From Macrostomum lignano (Eukaryota): a stretch of 64,000 nucleotides of DNA. A program made the position numbers and the translations under genes. Below the pieces are notes generated by a model, which was given only the letters and a program-made list of their open reading frames with translations, searched no databases and had not been told where the DNA came from. The DNA is taken from contig NIVC01003194.1 of assembly GCA_002269645.1 (NCBI GenBank), positions 1 through 64,000 on the forward strand. The letters run 5' to 3'. Below are positions 51,687 to 63,354 of the stretch, in pieces. Within the stretch, counting starts at the first letter, position 1; each line of letters begins with the position of its first letter.

Positions 51687-52751
51687 ATGGCATTATGGAA
51701 GTATTTCCAGCGCAACCGATTAACCAGCACAATGGGCATTCTGCTTGTGGCAGCAGCCACTGCCTTATTCTGGTTCGGTCAGCTGCAGTCACCTGCTGGC
51801 AGCCAGAACCTGAAGACGAAGAACTCCAGCAGCGCGGCGCCACCAATCATCAGAGATGAACACTTGTTCAACATTACAGCCGAAGACAAGAGTCTGCAGC
51901 AGTACATCAAGTTGGCGTCGGAACACAATGTCACCACCAGCTCGCTGAGAGCGGTCATCACCATTCTGGCCTATAAACCGCGGGAGAAGAAGCTGAAGCA
52001 CTGTCTGCAGAAACTGTACGCGAATTTCAACAACCAGTTCGGCTATCCAGTTATTTTATTTCACGAGGCGGACTTCCAACCATACCTGGCTGCAGTGAGA
52101 TCTACCGGCTTCAATCCTCTTCTCAATTTGTCCTCAATATTCTTCCAGCAGGTGGACATGAGCGTCCCCAGCTCCTACATAGCTGAGTTCGGCCAGCCGC
52201 CCAAAAAAGGTTGCGGCGCCAAGAACAGCATCGGGTACAGGAGCATGTGCAGATTTCAAGCCAAACTGATCTACGAGGAGCCCATGATGAGGCACTTTGA
52301 CTACCAATTAAGACTAGACGACGATTCGGTGTTGGAGAAGCCGATCTCGTTCGATCTGTTTGCAGCTCTCCGAGATGCTCGGTGCTCCTATGGCTACGTG
52401 CAGACTATCCTGGACTCGTGCGCGCACAACACCTTCCAAGTGGCAGCAGACTACATGCGAATGAGGGCGATTAGTCCGACCTTCTTTGATCGGCTCAAGC
52501 GTAACGAAGTGTTCTTCAACAACTTCGAGGTCTCCAGTCTGAAGGTCTGGCGATCCCAGCAGTACAGGGACTTCTTAGAGCACGTGGACTCTCTGGGCGG
52601 ATTCTACACGCACAGATGGGGCGACGCACCGATCAAGACATTGGCTCTGAGCATGATTGTGCCGGAGACTGAGATCTGCAAGTTCAACAACGTCACGTAC
52701 AAGCATCACGGTTTGAATAATAAACGTCTAAAGACCGAGTTTCTGCATTGA
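51687..52751 (+). CDS. Glycosyltransferase family 15 (Kre2/Mnt1-like alpha-1,2-mannosyltransferase), type II membrane protein, intronless, 354 aa
   Basis: N-terminal TM anchor; YRSMCRF, RLDDD, FFNNFEV and GGFYTHRWGDAPI correspond to Kre2 YRHMCR, NFEI and GGFFYERWGDAP. Confidence 0.88.
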   Translation: MALWKYFQRNRLTSTMGILLVAAATALFWFGQLQSPAGSQNLKTKNSSSAAPPIIRDEHLFNITAEDKSLQQYIKLASEHNVTTSSLRAVITILAYKPREKKLKHCLQKLYANFNNQFGYPVILFHEADFQPYLAAVRSTGFNPLLNLSSIFFQQVDMSVPSSYIAEFGQPPKKGCGAKNSIGYRSMCRFQAKLIYEEPMMRHFDYQLRLDDDSVLEKPISFDLFAALRDARCSYGYVQTILDSCAHNTFQVAADYMRMRAISPTFFDRLKRNEVFFNNFEVSSLKVWRSQQYRDFLEHVDSLGGFYTHRWGDAPIKTLALSMIVPETEICKFNNVTYKHHGLNNKRLKTEFLH

Positions 52752-52999
52752 ACTGATGGCAGCGATGTTTATTCTTAGAGTTTCTAACTAACACGAGAAG
52801 AAGAGAATTAATTGCAGAATTATTAAAAGTTTATTTATTAACAGAATGCCTGCCTTTTATAAGACATCTTAGTCTTGATTATTCGTCATCAAGCGCACTG
52901 CTCAAACTCTGAACTTATTGAGTCTTACAATAACGAGTCCTACCGTAAGTTGCACAAGCTGTTGTCTAAGACCACTTCTCCCAGAAATAAATCGAAGCG

Positions 53000-53942
53000 T
53001 TGTGTTTTGTTTTTTTTAAATTTGGAGCCTAAAGTCAAGTTTTTCGAAGATTCCTTGCCGAAAAATTGGAAAATGCCTCAGATTGAAAGTGCGCGGCCAC
53101 ATTAATCTTTTTGAGGCTGTCGCACAAAAAAGACGGGACTTTTCACCGCGAGTAGTGCACATGAAGGCTATTCAGAGTGTCTACATTACTTGAACATGAT
53201 ACAGTCAGAGCTGCCTTGAACTCTTTGTGAGCACATTACCTGCTCTTTGCTCATCCGTGGTGCGTGTGCGCTCGCCTCTTTGCTAGTCGACTGTCAATTA
53301 TGCACATTCCCCAATCCTCACATTCCCCAATCTGCAAATTTCTCAATCTGCACATTCCCCAATCTGCACATTCTTCAATCTGCACATCCCCCAATCTGCG
53401 CATCCCCAAATCAGGCCCTACCAGACACGCTACCAGGCTTCGAAATTCCACCGTAAAACCCCCAACGGAAAGCTATAGCACAGCTAATCGAAACGGTGTC
53501 AAGGCCATTGGACAGTCCCATCAAGAAGCCGCGGCAAGTCGTGGCGTAATATCCAGATGATTCACTCCGTAGCCACACAGACCCAGGACAGCGAATCCGA
53601 AGTCAATAGTGAGCAGATTGGTGGACAGGAAAATATGATACGTCTTAGAAATAGGAATTATGCTTGAAATGGGATATTTCGCTCGCAGCAGTTGATGCAG
53701 CATGCCTTTGAAATATGCAGACCAAGGCCTACAAATTGCAGTGTGCGATGTTGCACACCTGCTCAACCTCTTTTTAAAGCAGGCATGGCTGGAGATCTTG
53801 TCTCCTTGCTGCCCTATTAGCCGACGGTAGGGGTACACGTCCCACGAGTGTTCGAGGGCCACTGGACAGACTGGGAAACGGCGCCGGTCACCCTTCCGGA
53901 GCTTTGGCCCTTGGCCTTAGCTGCTAAGGTTACGGGTTATCC
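53000..53942. repeat. Dispersed ~1-kb repeat A, copy 2 (shorter 16-bp array)
   Basis: Near-identical to 48662-49746; flanked by cgaagcg at 52993-52999 and 53943-53949. Confidence 0.9.
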
Positions 53943-54639
53943 CGAAGCGCTTCCCTGTGCGTTATCAGGTGTCTCTGGTTACGGCTGTGAGGTAAAGGTG
54001 ACCGTAACAGGGTACGCAGCTGGATTGCTGAAGGCTTTGATGCTGAAGGTTTTGACCGCTGGAATGTCGGGCAGCAAAACCGGCCGCTAGCAGTTTCTTT
54101 TTTTATTTCTTGCTTCCGTGACTCTGCTCACCCTTTCCCGATTCCAGCCATGGCTTCTACCGCCTCAAGTAATCCCGCTGAAGCCGGGACCCCGGCAACT
54201 CCGGCCGGTGATTCTGGCGCCAGCGCCGCCTTTTTTGTCTGCGGAAAAACCTGGACGCGCATCCGCGAGCCCTCTGGCCAGACGTATTTTACTAATTAAT
54301 GAAAATGTAAGCATTTGCAAAGTGTTCTGACTACTCTACTAAAAGTAAACAAATATGCAAATGTAGAATAAGTAGATATTATTCTTTATTTTCAATCTTG
54401 AGGTAATTTATTCTTTGGCGCAAATAGAAACGCACAGTCGTCGTGTTAAGAGTAACGCGTTCCTGATTCTTACTTGCTCAAGTAATTACAGTGTTCTGTT
54501 AGTCAGCACTTATTGGTAGATACTACAGGTGAACCTCGGGAGGCTGCTGTCGGGCCGAAAGAAAAACCCCTGAAAGCGACCCCTGCCCCCCTCCCCTCCC
54601 CCCAGGAAACAAGCCCGGCTGGATGCCAACCAGCGATGT

Positions 54640-55382
54640 CCCGGATAGTCGCTGACTGCGCCCGGCAGCTCAGCCTCCTGGCCAGTAGCAATACTGTCAG
54701 ACTGAAATGGATCCCAGATCAAGCAGGTTTTCGAGGAACGAGTTGGCAGACACCCTTGCAAGAGACGCGGCTCTGCCCCTTCTCTAGCCCTGTTCCCTAT
54801 CCCTTCTACGGTCATCAATCGTCAGATCGATAACTGGGCTGATTCCCCTCACAGGGACAGATGGGCGGGCAGCCAGAACTGCCGGAAATCACGTGCAACG
54901 GCTCCGTGCCCCTCCCGCAGGCTCAGAAAGGTCCTTCTGAACCAAAACCGGAAGGACATTCGCGCTCAGGTCATGACACTTACCGGTCATGGCATACCTA
55001 TCCAGACACTGCTTAATCCAAGGAGACCTCGAATGTGAACTTTGCCCTTTTTGCGAATACGACAACGAATGTTCTGAGCACTTTGTCTTTGACAGCTTTT
55101 TCTTCAACAGAGACCGGCTACGCTACCTCGGGCCGATTCCGTCCATTGACGAGGTCTGCCAGCCCGCCAGCAATCTACGGCTCATCCAGTTTGTTTCGGG
55201 CGACAAGACGAGCCACTTTGTCCCCTACGGAAGATCACGCTGCAGGACGGACTGGGGGACCACCCTGACCGGCCCTCTGCCTGTCTGCGGGCCTTCAGGG
55301 GCTAGCGGAATGGGCGACCCTCGCCTCCCCGCTGTGTCTACGGACCACCCTGCAGCTCGCTAGGTCGAGTAAGTCAAGTGAC
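54640..55382 (+). mobile_element. Diverged 3' end of an RNase H-containing LINE
   Basis: TVRLKWIP; GH..LSRHCLIQGDLECELCPFC..ECSEHF; shared 3' UTR motif and gtaagtcaag tail. Confidence 0.75.
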
Positions 55383-56117
55383 CGAAAAGTAAAATATTCT
55401 CAAGGTTTCTAGAGCACTGGTATATTTATTAATCTTATTTTCCTTCGAATACCCCGTGGAAAGCAGAAATTGGATATTAATTTGAACCGTTCAAGGTACA
55501 GTTCCTCTCTTAAAACGGTGAAAGTTTTCAACGGTAACTGCATGCAGGTAATTAATTAGCTTTGAAAATTAAAGCCAAAGGACACTTAGCAGGGAGAAGA
55601 AGATGGTGATATTGTAGAACTCTTTTTCTAGAGTCAACAGTGTTTCGAAGGTCGAATGTTGCTGTGGGGCTTACAAAACTAAATGAAACAATTTTATCAT
55701 CCTTCTTGTGTTGCACCCAATTTCTCAGCTTGTTGATTATGTAATGTATGCCCCCACGGTGCCGAGTGTGAGCTGTGCAAGTGAAACTTGCATGGGAGAT
55801 TCGAGGAAAGTTGTGTACACAGTTTGGCGGCTGTTTAATGCTGCTCAGTTGAGAACTCAGCTTACATGTATTAATTTAATGATTTAGACAGGTCTTGAGA
55901 TTAGGACAGGATAGCTAATCTGATGAATTATGAAAATATAAATTAATTCATAATTCATCAATATGAAAATGAAACTTTTAATGCACATCTCTATAAAATA
56001 CTACAGAACAACATGCTGTGCATGCTAAATTGAAAGAATTGGTTTTGTAATGAAGAAATAGTTTTTCTTATCCCTCCGTGTTTTTGAAAGAAACTGGCCT
56101 CCAAAAATGACACGATG

Positions 56118-56420
56118 TTTCAGGCAGGCTGGGAACTGGGGGCACAGAGGCGCTCGGAGATCAGAGAGGCGCCGACAGTTCTGACACAATAAAACAAAGG
56201 CAGGGCTTTTAAATAGAAACGCTATGCAAACCTCTGTAGAGGGGACTTGAAGGATAGAATCGACAGGGCCATATCAGTAATGGGAGACTGCGTGACAGCT
56301 TAGTGACCCCATAGAAATTAAGAAAGATAAAGAATCGACAGGGCCATATCAGTAATGGGAGACTGAGTGACAGCTTAGTGACCCCATAGAAACATTGTTA
56401 TCAGACACTAGGAAAAGAAT
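56118..56420. repeat. Dispersed repeat, also at about 62697-62960; contains an internal ~67-bp tandem duplication
   Basis: caggctgggaac...gctcggag.tcagagaggc...taaatagaaacgctatgcaaa is shared by both copies. Confidence 0.75.
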
Positions 56421-57519
56421 AGAGAGGTTGAGTGCTAACAAGAAACGCTTAAGATTTCCCGCAACTATATATCTCTCATGACTGAAGTACACTGTAAACA
56501 TTGAGGTTAGGGAGGCCGAGCTGACGTGGTAAGAAGCAGTCATCCGGATGGTCGAGAGAGCCGCTCTGCAGTGGAGGGAAAGGTTAATGCTCAAATATAG
56601 TATTCGAAGCTAAGGGCAACGCAGTTCTGGAAGCGAGTTTATTGGGATCCAAACGAGTCAGCAATGGCGCCGAAAGAAATGCCCATTGTAGCTCCACAAA
56701 TTACGACCTTGGAAACGGTGGATGTAACAAAATTATATTGCTCGGAAGCGCATGATGTACGTGAAAGGAAACAGTGAATTCCACCTGTCAAACGACGTAA
56801 ACTATTTGCAGTTTAGAAGAATAGAGTCGGGATGAGAAGTCCTGAAGACAATCCATCGAATTGTCTTCCCCAGTGGTTTTAGCAGTCACTTTTAATGCCA
56901 AGGTAGACAAAATTGACCAGAGAAGAGGAATATAAGATAACTTCGCAGCTAAAACCTCCCTCTGGCTTGGGGTATGAAGGGCGCTCCTCAGTTGGAACCC
57001 AGCAACCAACCTCCAGCAGCAAGATGCATACTGTTCAAGAAGACAGTGTTAGGATCTTATTCCTATTCTCGCTCAAGCCGAGAGGCCAAGCTAAAGACGT
57101 ACAAGATTGAGTACGACGACATTATTACACAGAAACATTTGGAGTTGTTTACCTGAAAAAAGGGATATTAATTTTTACTTTATCATAAAATATTGTAATA
57201 ACAGCAAGTTTTATTTCAATATTTTAACTAATCAGATAACAAATCATTTAGGTAGCTTATGCGACCCAAAGGTAAGATATTAGCAAGGTTTTTAGTGCAC
57301 TGGTGTATTTATTTATTTATTTATTTTCTTTCGACGAAACAGTTTATCGACTTTAAACCGTTCACGTCGTAAAGTCCTTGTCTTAAACGGTAAATTATTA
57401 ACGCTAGGTGGTAATTATTTGGCTTTGAAAAGTTCAGCTTAGTAATAAGCAGCTTAGTTGACACTTTCGAGAAGATGGTGATGTTGTAAAACTCGAACAT
57501 CCAGCTTCTTTTTCTGGAG

Positions 57520-59647
57520 TCAAGTCGACCCGTCAAGCAGACACGGCGGTGCGGTGGACGGCCCAACCAGCTGCACCTCCGCTCGACCGTTCGGCTCCGA
57601 GTTCGCTCCGCTCGTCCTCACGACGATCGTCGCCTCGGTCGCTACGAAGCTGCCGCCGCCGCCGCCGCCGCCGCATTTCCCAGAGCCGCCGCCGCCGCCC
57701 GAGAAGCCGCCGCCTCCACCACCGCCGGACTTGCTGCCGCCGCCGCCGCCTCCGCCGCCGCCGCCGCCGCCTCCGTAGCCGCCGAACGCGTCGTCGCCGT
57801 CGCCGCCGCTCCAGCTGCTGCCGAAGCTCTCACCGCCGTGGCCCTTCTTATTGCCGGAGCCGTCGTCGCCTGCCGACCTCCAACCGGCGCCGGCACCGCC
57901 GTTTCCACTGCCGGATGTCCTCGCTTGGCCGCCGTTGCCGTCTGTACCGCCAGCGCCCGCTCCGTTGCCGCCGCCGCTGGTCCCGGGCTGGTCGCTGCTT
58001 CCGTCGATTCCGTCGCAGCCGTCACCGGAGCCGCTGCCGCCGCCGCCGCCGCCGGCCGCAACTAGCGGCAGCGCTGACGACGTGTCGACACCGTCGACAT
58101 AGACGAAGGTGCCACCGCCGCCGCCAGCGGCGTCATTTCTACCGCCAAGCTTGTCGCTGCCGACCTTCCCAACGATAATCGCCAAAGTGACTCCGGCGTC
58201 CAGTCTGAAGTGGCCGGATGCGAGGGCGCCCTTGCCGCCGACCGTGGAGCCGCCGGCGCTGCCGCCTCGAGCGCCCCAAGCGCTGATCTTGTAGCAGCCG
58301 GTGGCGTCGATCGGATGGGTCACGAGGCTGCCCGTCTTGGTGGTCGCAGCCGCCGGGGCTGCATTGGATTCAGCGAGTTGGTTGCTTTTTAAAATGAGAT
58401 TAAGCGACAATAAGATTTCGGCTACTTGTATTTTTAGCAACACTTGCATGTAGGAAAAAATACTTCTGTGTTTTAAAAGCAATTGAGTCTTAAGCTAACA
58501 ATTACTCACCGGTCAACACTTGCGGGGCAGCAGTCGTTGTTGTCGGAGTTGTCGTTGTTGTTGTCGGAGTTGTCGTTGTTGTTGTCGGAGTTGTCGTTGT
58601 TGTCAGAGTTGTGGGCATCGTTGTCTGAGCTGTGGTTGTTGTTGTTGTCGGAGTTGTTTTCCTTGTTGTCGGAGTTGTGGTCATTGTTGTCGGGGTTGAC
58701 GTTGTTGTTGTCGGAGTTGTGGTTTTTATTGTCGAAGTTATGGTCGTTGTTGTCGGAGTTGTGGTTTTTATTGTCGAAGTTATGGTCGTTGTTGTCGGAG
58801 CTGTAGTTTTTATTGTCGAAGTTATGGTCGTTGCTGTCGGAGTTTTTCGTGTTGTTCTTGGAATTTTGGTGGTTTTTGTTGTCGGAGTTGCGATCGTTGT
58901 TGTTGTCGGAGTTGTGGTCGTTGTTGTCGGAGTTGTCGTTGTTGTTGTAGGAGTTGAGGTCGTTGTTGTTGTTGGAGTTGTGGGCGTTGTTATTGAAGTT
59001 GAGGTCGTTGTTGTTGTTGGAGTTGTGGTCCTTGTTGTTGTCGGAGTTGTGGTCGTTGTTGTTGTCGGAGCTGTGGTCGCGGTGGTCGTAGTCGTTGTCG
59101 TTGTTGTCGGTGTTGTGGTCGTTGTTTTCGGAGTTGTGGCCGTTGTTATTGTCGGAGTTGTCGTTGTTGTTGTCGGAGTTGTTCTTGTTACTGTTGGAGT
59201 TGTGGTCGTTGTTGTTGTCGGAGTCGTTCTCGTTGTTGCCGGAGTTGTGGTCAAATCGGTCTTTGTTGTTGTCGCACTGCATTCAGGCCGCTTATCCAGC
59301 AGCTGTGTCAGACAGCCCGAGCCCGACTTCCACTTGTCGGCGAGGTCGCACGAGGAGCCGAGCAAGCACTTTCCGCTGCTCAGCGTCACCGAGCCGACCT
59401 TGTCTCCCGGATGCAGCATCTGGAACACAGAGCAACTCAGCCGCCCTCTGGCTGCGCATTCCACGGCGCAGATCCGATAATCCGTGACCCCGGAGACCTC
59501 CTTGAACGTGGCATTGGTTGCACCTGGAAGGGGCAGTTCGACAGCGCAGAGGTTGACAGTCGGCACCGTGAAGGTGGCGCAGCGGACAGACTGGCAGCAG
59601 AGGGCGGACAGCAGGGCCAGCAGAGCTGCACTGCTAGCTGCAGACAT
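57520..59647 (-). CDS. Secreted Cys-rich / mucin-like Thr stalk / ALK-LTK Gly-rich domain protein, copy 2, two exons (59647-58510, 58358-57520)
   Basis: Near-identical to copy 1 at both ends; same phase-1 intron (GTGAGT..GCAG); Thr/Pro stalk expanded to about 250 aa. Confidence 0.82.
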
Positions 59648-61654
59648 GGTGCAACTTGGATTTTGGCTTCCGGAATTGAGCTTGTGTGAGCAGTCAAGAG
59701 CTGTGATGAGTTGCCTGTCTTTGCTGCAGGTTTATAGCGGCTGCTCTGCTTCTGTTCTGGGGGGGGGGATTGGCGGCAGGGCGTGAGGCCAATCACTGGG
59801 CCACCAGTTGCCGATGGAAACGAGACTAACAACTTTCGCTGGGGTTGCAGGCTGTTGTATGGCGATCTAAAAGATTTATCTGGAGTTGGAAAGCAGTTGT
59901 TCCCCCTTATTCGTTTTTATAGATTTAAAGAGCTGCATGTTCTGTATGTCGCAGACGCATGTAATACCATTGCAACTAGTATATAGTTTCGGTGGAACCA
60001 TTCATGCTTTAAATGCGAGCAAATTTTGGCGTTTTTGTCGATTTTTATTTGATTACTATTTGATAAAATCGTCTTTACCGCAACAAAAGCCACAGTGCTT
60101 TCACGTCTGGATCCCGGCCGCCAGTGCCATCAAGTCCGGGGATGAACTGTAGCAGGTCCTGCTGGATCTGCACCCTGACCTCGAGGTCAACGGGCTCCTA
60201 CACCACGCCACTTCTCGCAAGGAGAAGAATGGGACCACGGTGATCCAAGGGCTCTCTGACGCCTAGGCTTGCTTGCTTGTTGCCTAAGTCCACAATACAC
60301 CTTGGTCTGACTCAGCTGACCATCCTCTGTTGTGAGGAGCGGCAAACGCACTCGCATCTCTCACCAGGTGATCAGCCATCGCACTGCCACCACCAGCTTG
60401 CTGGGCCTGCACCAAATGACGATCCCCATCTGCAAAAGTTGTCCGCAAGGACGGGTGCAGTCTGAAGTTCTTTGGAATATTCACAGATGAGCTCCTTCGG
60501 GATGCTCGGTCTGGCCCCATTCTGAAATTTGGTTATGCGAGCAATCTGCCACTGCCGCGATGTCTGATCCGTCCCCTGATACCCTCAGGGACTTTCAGAG
60601 TTTCATTTATGCCGCTGAACAATGGGCGGATCATTGTGGTCTTACAGCGTTTTGAGACTAAGACACCAGCAGGTGCAAGTGGTAGATTCGGCTGCTCACG
60701 CTTTACGGAAAGGGAACTCCCCTTCTGCAAGCAGACTAAATGTCTAGGTGATTATTACCCTGTACCACAGGCCCGACTGGTCACCCCACGTTCAAGCAAA
60801 AGCCAAGAGGGCCCTCGCAAATCTCGCGCAGATAACGATTGCAATCAGTTTGGTTCGGAGCTGTGCTTTGGAGTTCGATTAAATATTTCGGTATTTTCTA
60901 AATCAATAGTTACTAGCGTAGTCTGACGTTGAGTAGAAGCTCGAAGCTCGAAGCTAAGTAAAACCATTGTTACGGCACTTTGTCACTATTCGCATAGATT
61001 TGATTTATGAATTGAAGCTTTTCAAATGAAATGAAATGAAACATTATTTCGCCACAGTGTCGCCACAATGGATGTACACGTCCCGTACATGCGTAATGTC
61101 AGAGCGACGCCAGAACGTTTGGGAGAGTTGTTGAAATATTCTCAAAATTTCGTGGTATTTATTGCAATTATTCAGTTAGTCATTTGTTTACCAGGACCAC
61201 AAGAAAATTTGCATTTTATTCTTCTTGAATTGTCTTTGGACAAAGCGGATGTCAACGAAGCACCGAATGGTACGGCTGGAGTCCATTGTTCAGGCGATGT
61301 GCACCGCCCATAAAAGACAGAGTTGGCAATTAAAATCTGATTTTTGATTTTTTCCTTTTTAAATCAAGTATATTTGTAATAAAAATCTGGACTAGGACTA
61401 GCTTAAAAATTAAAAGCTTTCCAAAGACTATAGGTCAACAACAATATGAAAAACAATATCGATAAATATTGTCTACATTTAATATTCTAGTCTAGTTAAT
61501 ATAACTTGCATGGCTTAAGAGTACCTGCATGCGAATTTTTTTACAAATATACTTGATGTGAAAAGGAAGAAAAGATTGCAGCGATTGCAACTTTGCTAAC
61601 TTAAGCGCAAATTTATTGTGTGGAGTGTGCATTCTAAATTAATAGAATGGTAAT

Positions 61655-62290
61655 TTATACTGTTGAAGAGTTTATTGGGTGGTGATGAGTCACTCGAAAA
61701 TTCCCACTTCTAGACACTGGGGAACAAGTGCCTAGGAATTTGCAAATTCGAATAACTCTTACTGCAGAGGTCTTGTAGTGTGTAGCGCTGTCTGACTTGG
61801 CTGAGCGGTGGCGGCCGGTTCCGGTGAACAGCTGTGTTGTCTCCTGGAGTCCTTAACTTTATCTGTGGCTCGACCAAAACGAGAGCGAATCAGAATTCTT
61901 GTGACGGTCCTCGAGCTCGGAATTAACAATAGAACGTGCGCCCCTATGAACAATTGAATTCTTTAACTTTCTGTAATAGGTCCTCCTGAAGGGCGTCTTC
62001 TTCGATACGTCCGAAACGTAACGGATAACTCAAATCAACTCAATAATCCTCTAGGAATATATCCTAGGAAACAAGGAGGCCTTTCTCAAATGTGTCGACA
62101 ACAAGTGGCTCTCGTAAACTCAATTAATCAACTTATTAGTGCTATAGCAAATAACTAAATCGGGTAACGCTTACCAATCTGTCCGGATTTCTTCTCTCAG
62201 AGATGGGTCTTCTTAGTTAACGATTCCAAAGTCTTCCTTGAGACCGCTCCGAGTCGCTTATATTTATAGTAAAATTTTGGTGAAAACTGG
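61655..62290 (-). mobile_element. Diverged relative of the unclassified element at 3409-5422
   Basis: Shared blocks in the same order: gaagag..ggtgat.agtc..cgaaaa.tcccactt.tagacact, gggcgtcttcttc, caataatcctcta, ggaggcct, ctccgagtc and cttatatttatag. Confidence 0.6.
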
Positions 62291-63354
62291 TTTAAAATCT
62301 GGTTATTTATTTAGGTCATGCGTGTTTGATTAAGGGGTCGTGAATGTTTGATCATCACAATATATGGAATTAAGCAAATACAACTCTCCAGAACCGGTTC
62401 CTTGATCAAATAAACGTTGGTCTTACGTAGGGCTCTGAGTCACTTCTGTTTCCACATGACTCATTCTAAAAATAGATTGCGAGTTTTAATAGATTTTCTC
62501 AGATGTTACTTGAAGTAGTGCAATACGGTATGATTAGCGGCTCTCTACACTGTCCCACATCAAATGTAAGCATGTATATTGATTCTGTAATAAAAAAGGC
62601 ATTTTCTCTTATCTCTGCAGTGTTTTTTTTCCCAGGAAATCAGCCTCCAAAAAAGTACACAATGTTTTATAATGCAGTTGGTGTTTGAAAGAGAGTCAGG
62701 CTGGGAACGGGGCGCAAGAGCGCTCGGAGGTCAGAGAGGCGACAGTTCAGACACAATAGAACAAAGGCAGCGCTTATAAATAGAAACGCTATGCAAAGCC
62801 CTCTGTGAGGTGACATGAAGGAGAATACGAGACACCCATCGTAGAATCGATAGGCCGGATAACAGCAATGGGAGGAGAGTGTGTGACAGAACATTGACCC
62901 CATTGAAACATTGTTACTAGACACTAGGAAAGGAACAGAGAAGTTGAGTGCTAACACCAAACGGCTAATTCTTCTGTATTAGATGCAGGGGTAAATGTTC
63001 AATAGTTACAGAGTGAAATTATTTTCCTAGATTTTTTCCTGAGCAGAAGAGGGTCTCAGTATAAGTCTGGAGAACAAGTCTGAGTATTTCTTACTCCTTA
63101 CTGGTAGCGTAATCAGTAACCGAGCGGTCTACTATTTGGCCCGAAAGTTCTTACACATGTAAATGTGTCTCTTGGAACAACTCTTCGTTTTGAATTTCCC
63201 AGTAGATACGCTCGTATCTAAGTATTCAATCATCCAGTCCTTAGTCGTTACGAATATTAGAGGGTCACGGCCTTCTTAATAATGTATATGTATTTCTAAG
63301 ATCGACTACGTTTCAATTCGATCTCCTTTAGTATTCTGTGTATCATTAGTAAAT

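Noticed and set aside
55919-55965. 14-bp-arm palindrome containing CTGATGA
   Set aside because: AT-rich inverted repeat with no D box or ribozyme core.
58506-59480. Asn/Asp-rich and Val-rich ORFs
   Set aside because: Alternate frames of the Thr-rich stalk; only the Thr frame joins the signal peptide and the splice phase.
61680-61720. Hammerhead-like gtgatga-gtcactc-gaaa
   Set aside because: First core base is G not C, stem II does not pair, and the homolog at about 3505 lacks the core.
61750-61770. Resemblance of ctcttactgc to a remembered flatworm spliced-leader sequence
   Set aside because: Only about 10 nt match; no terminal ATG-GT or Sm site.
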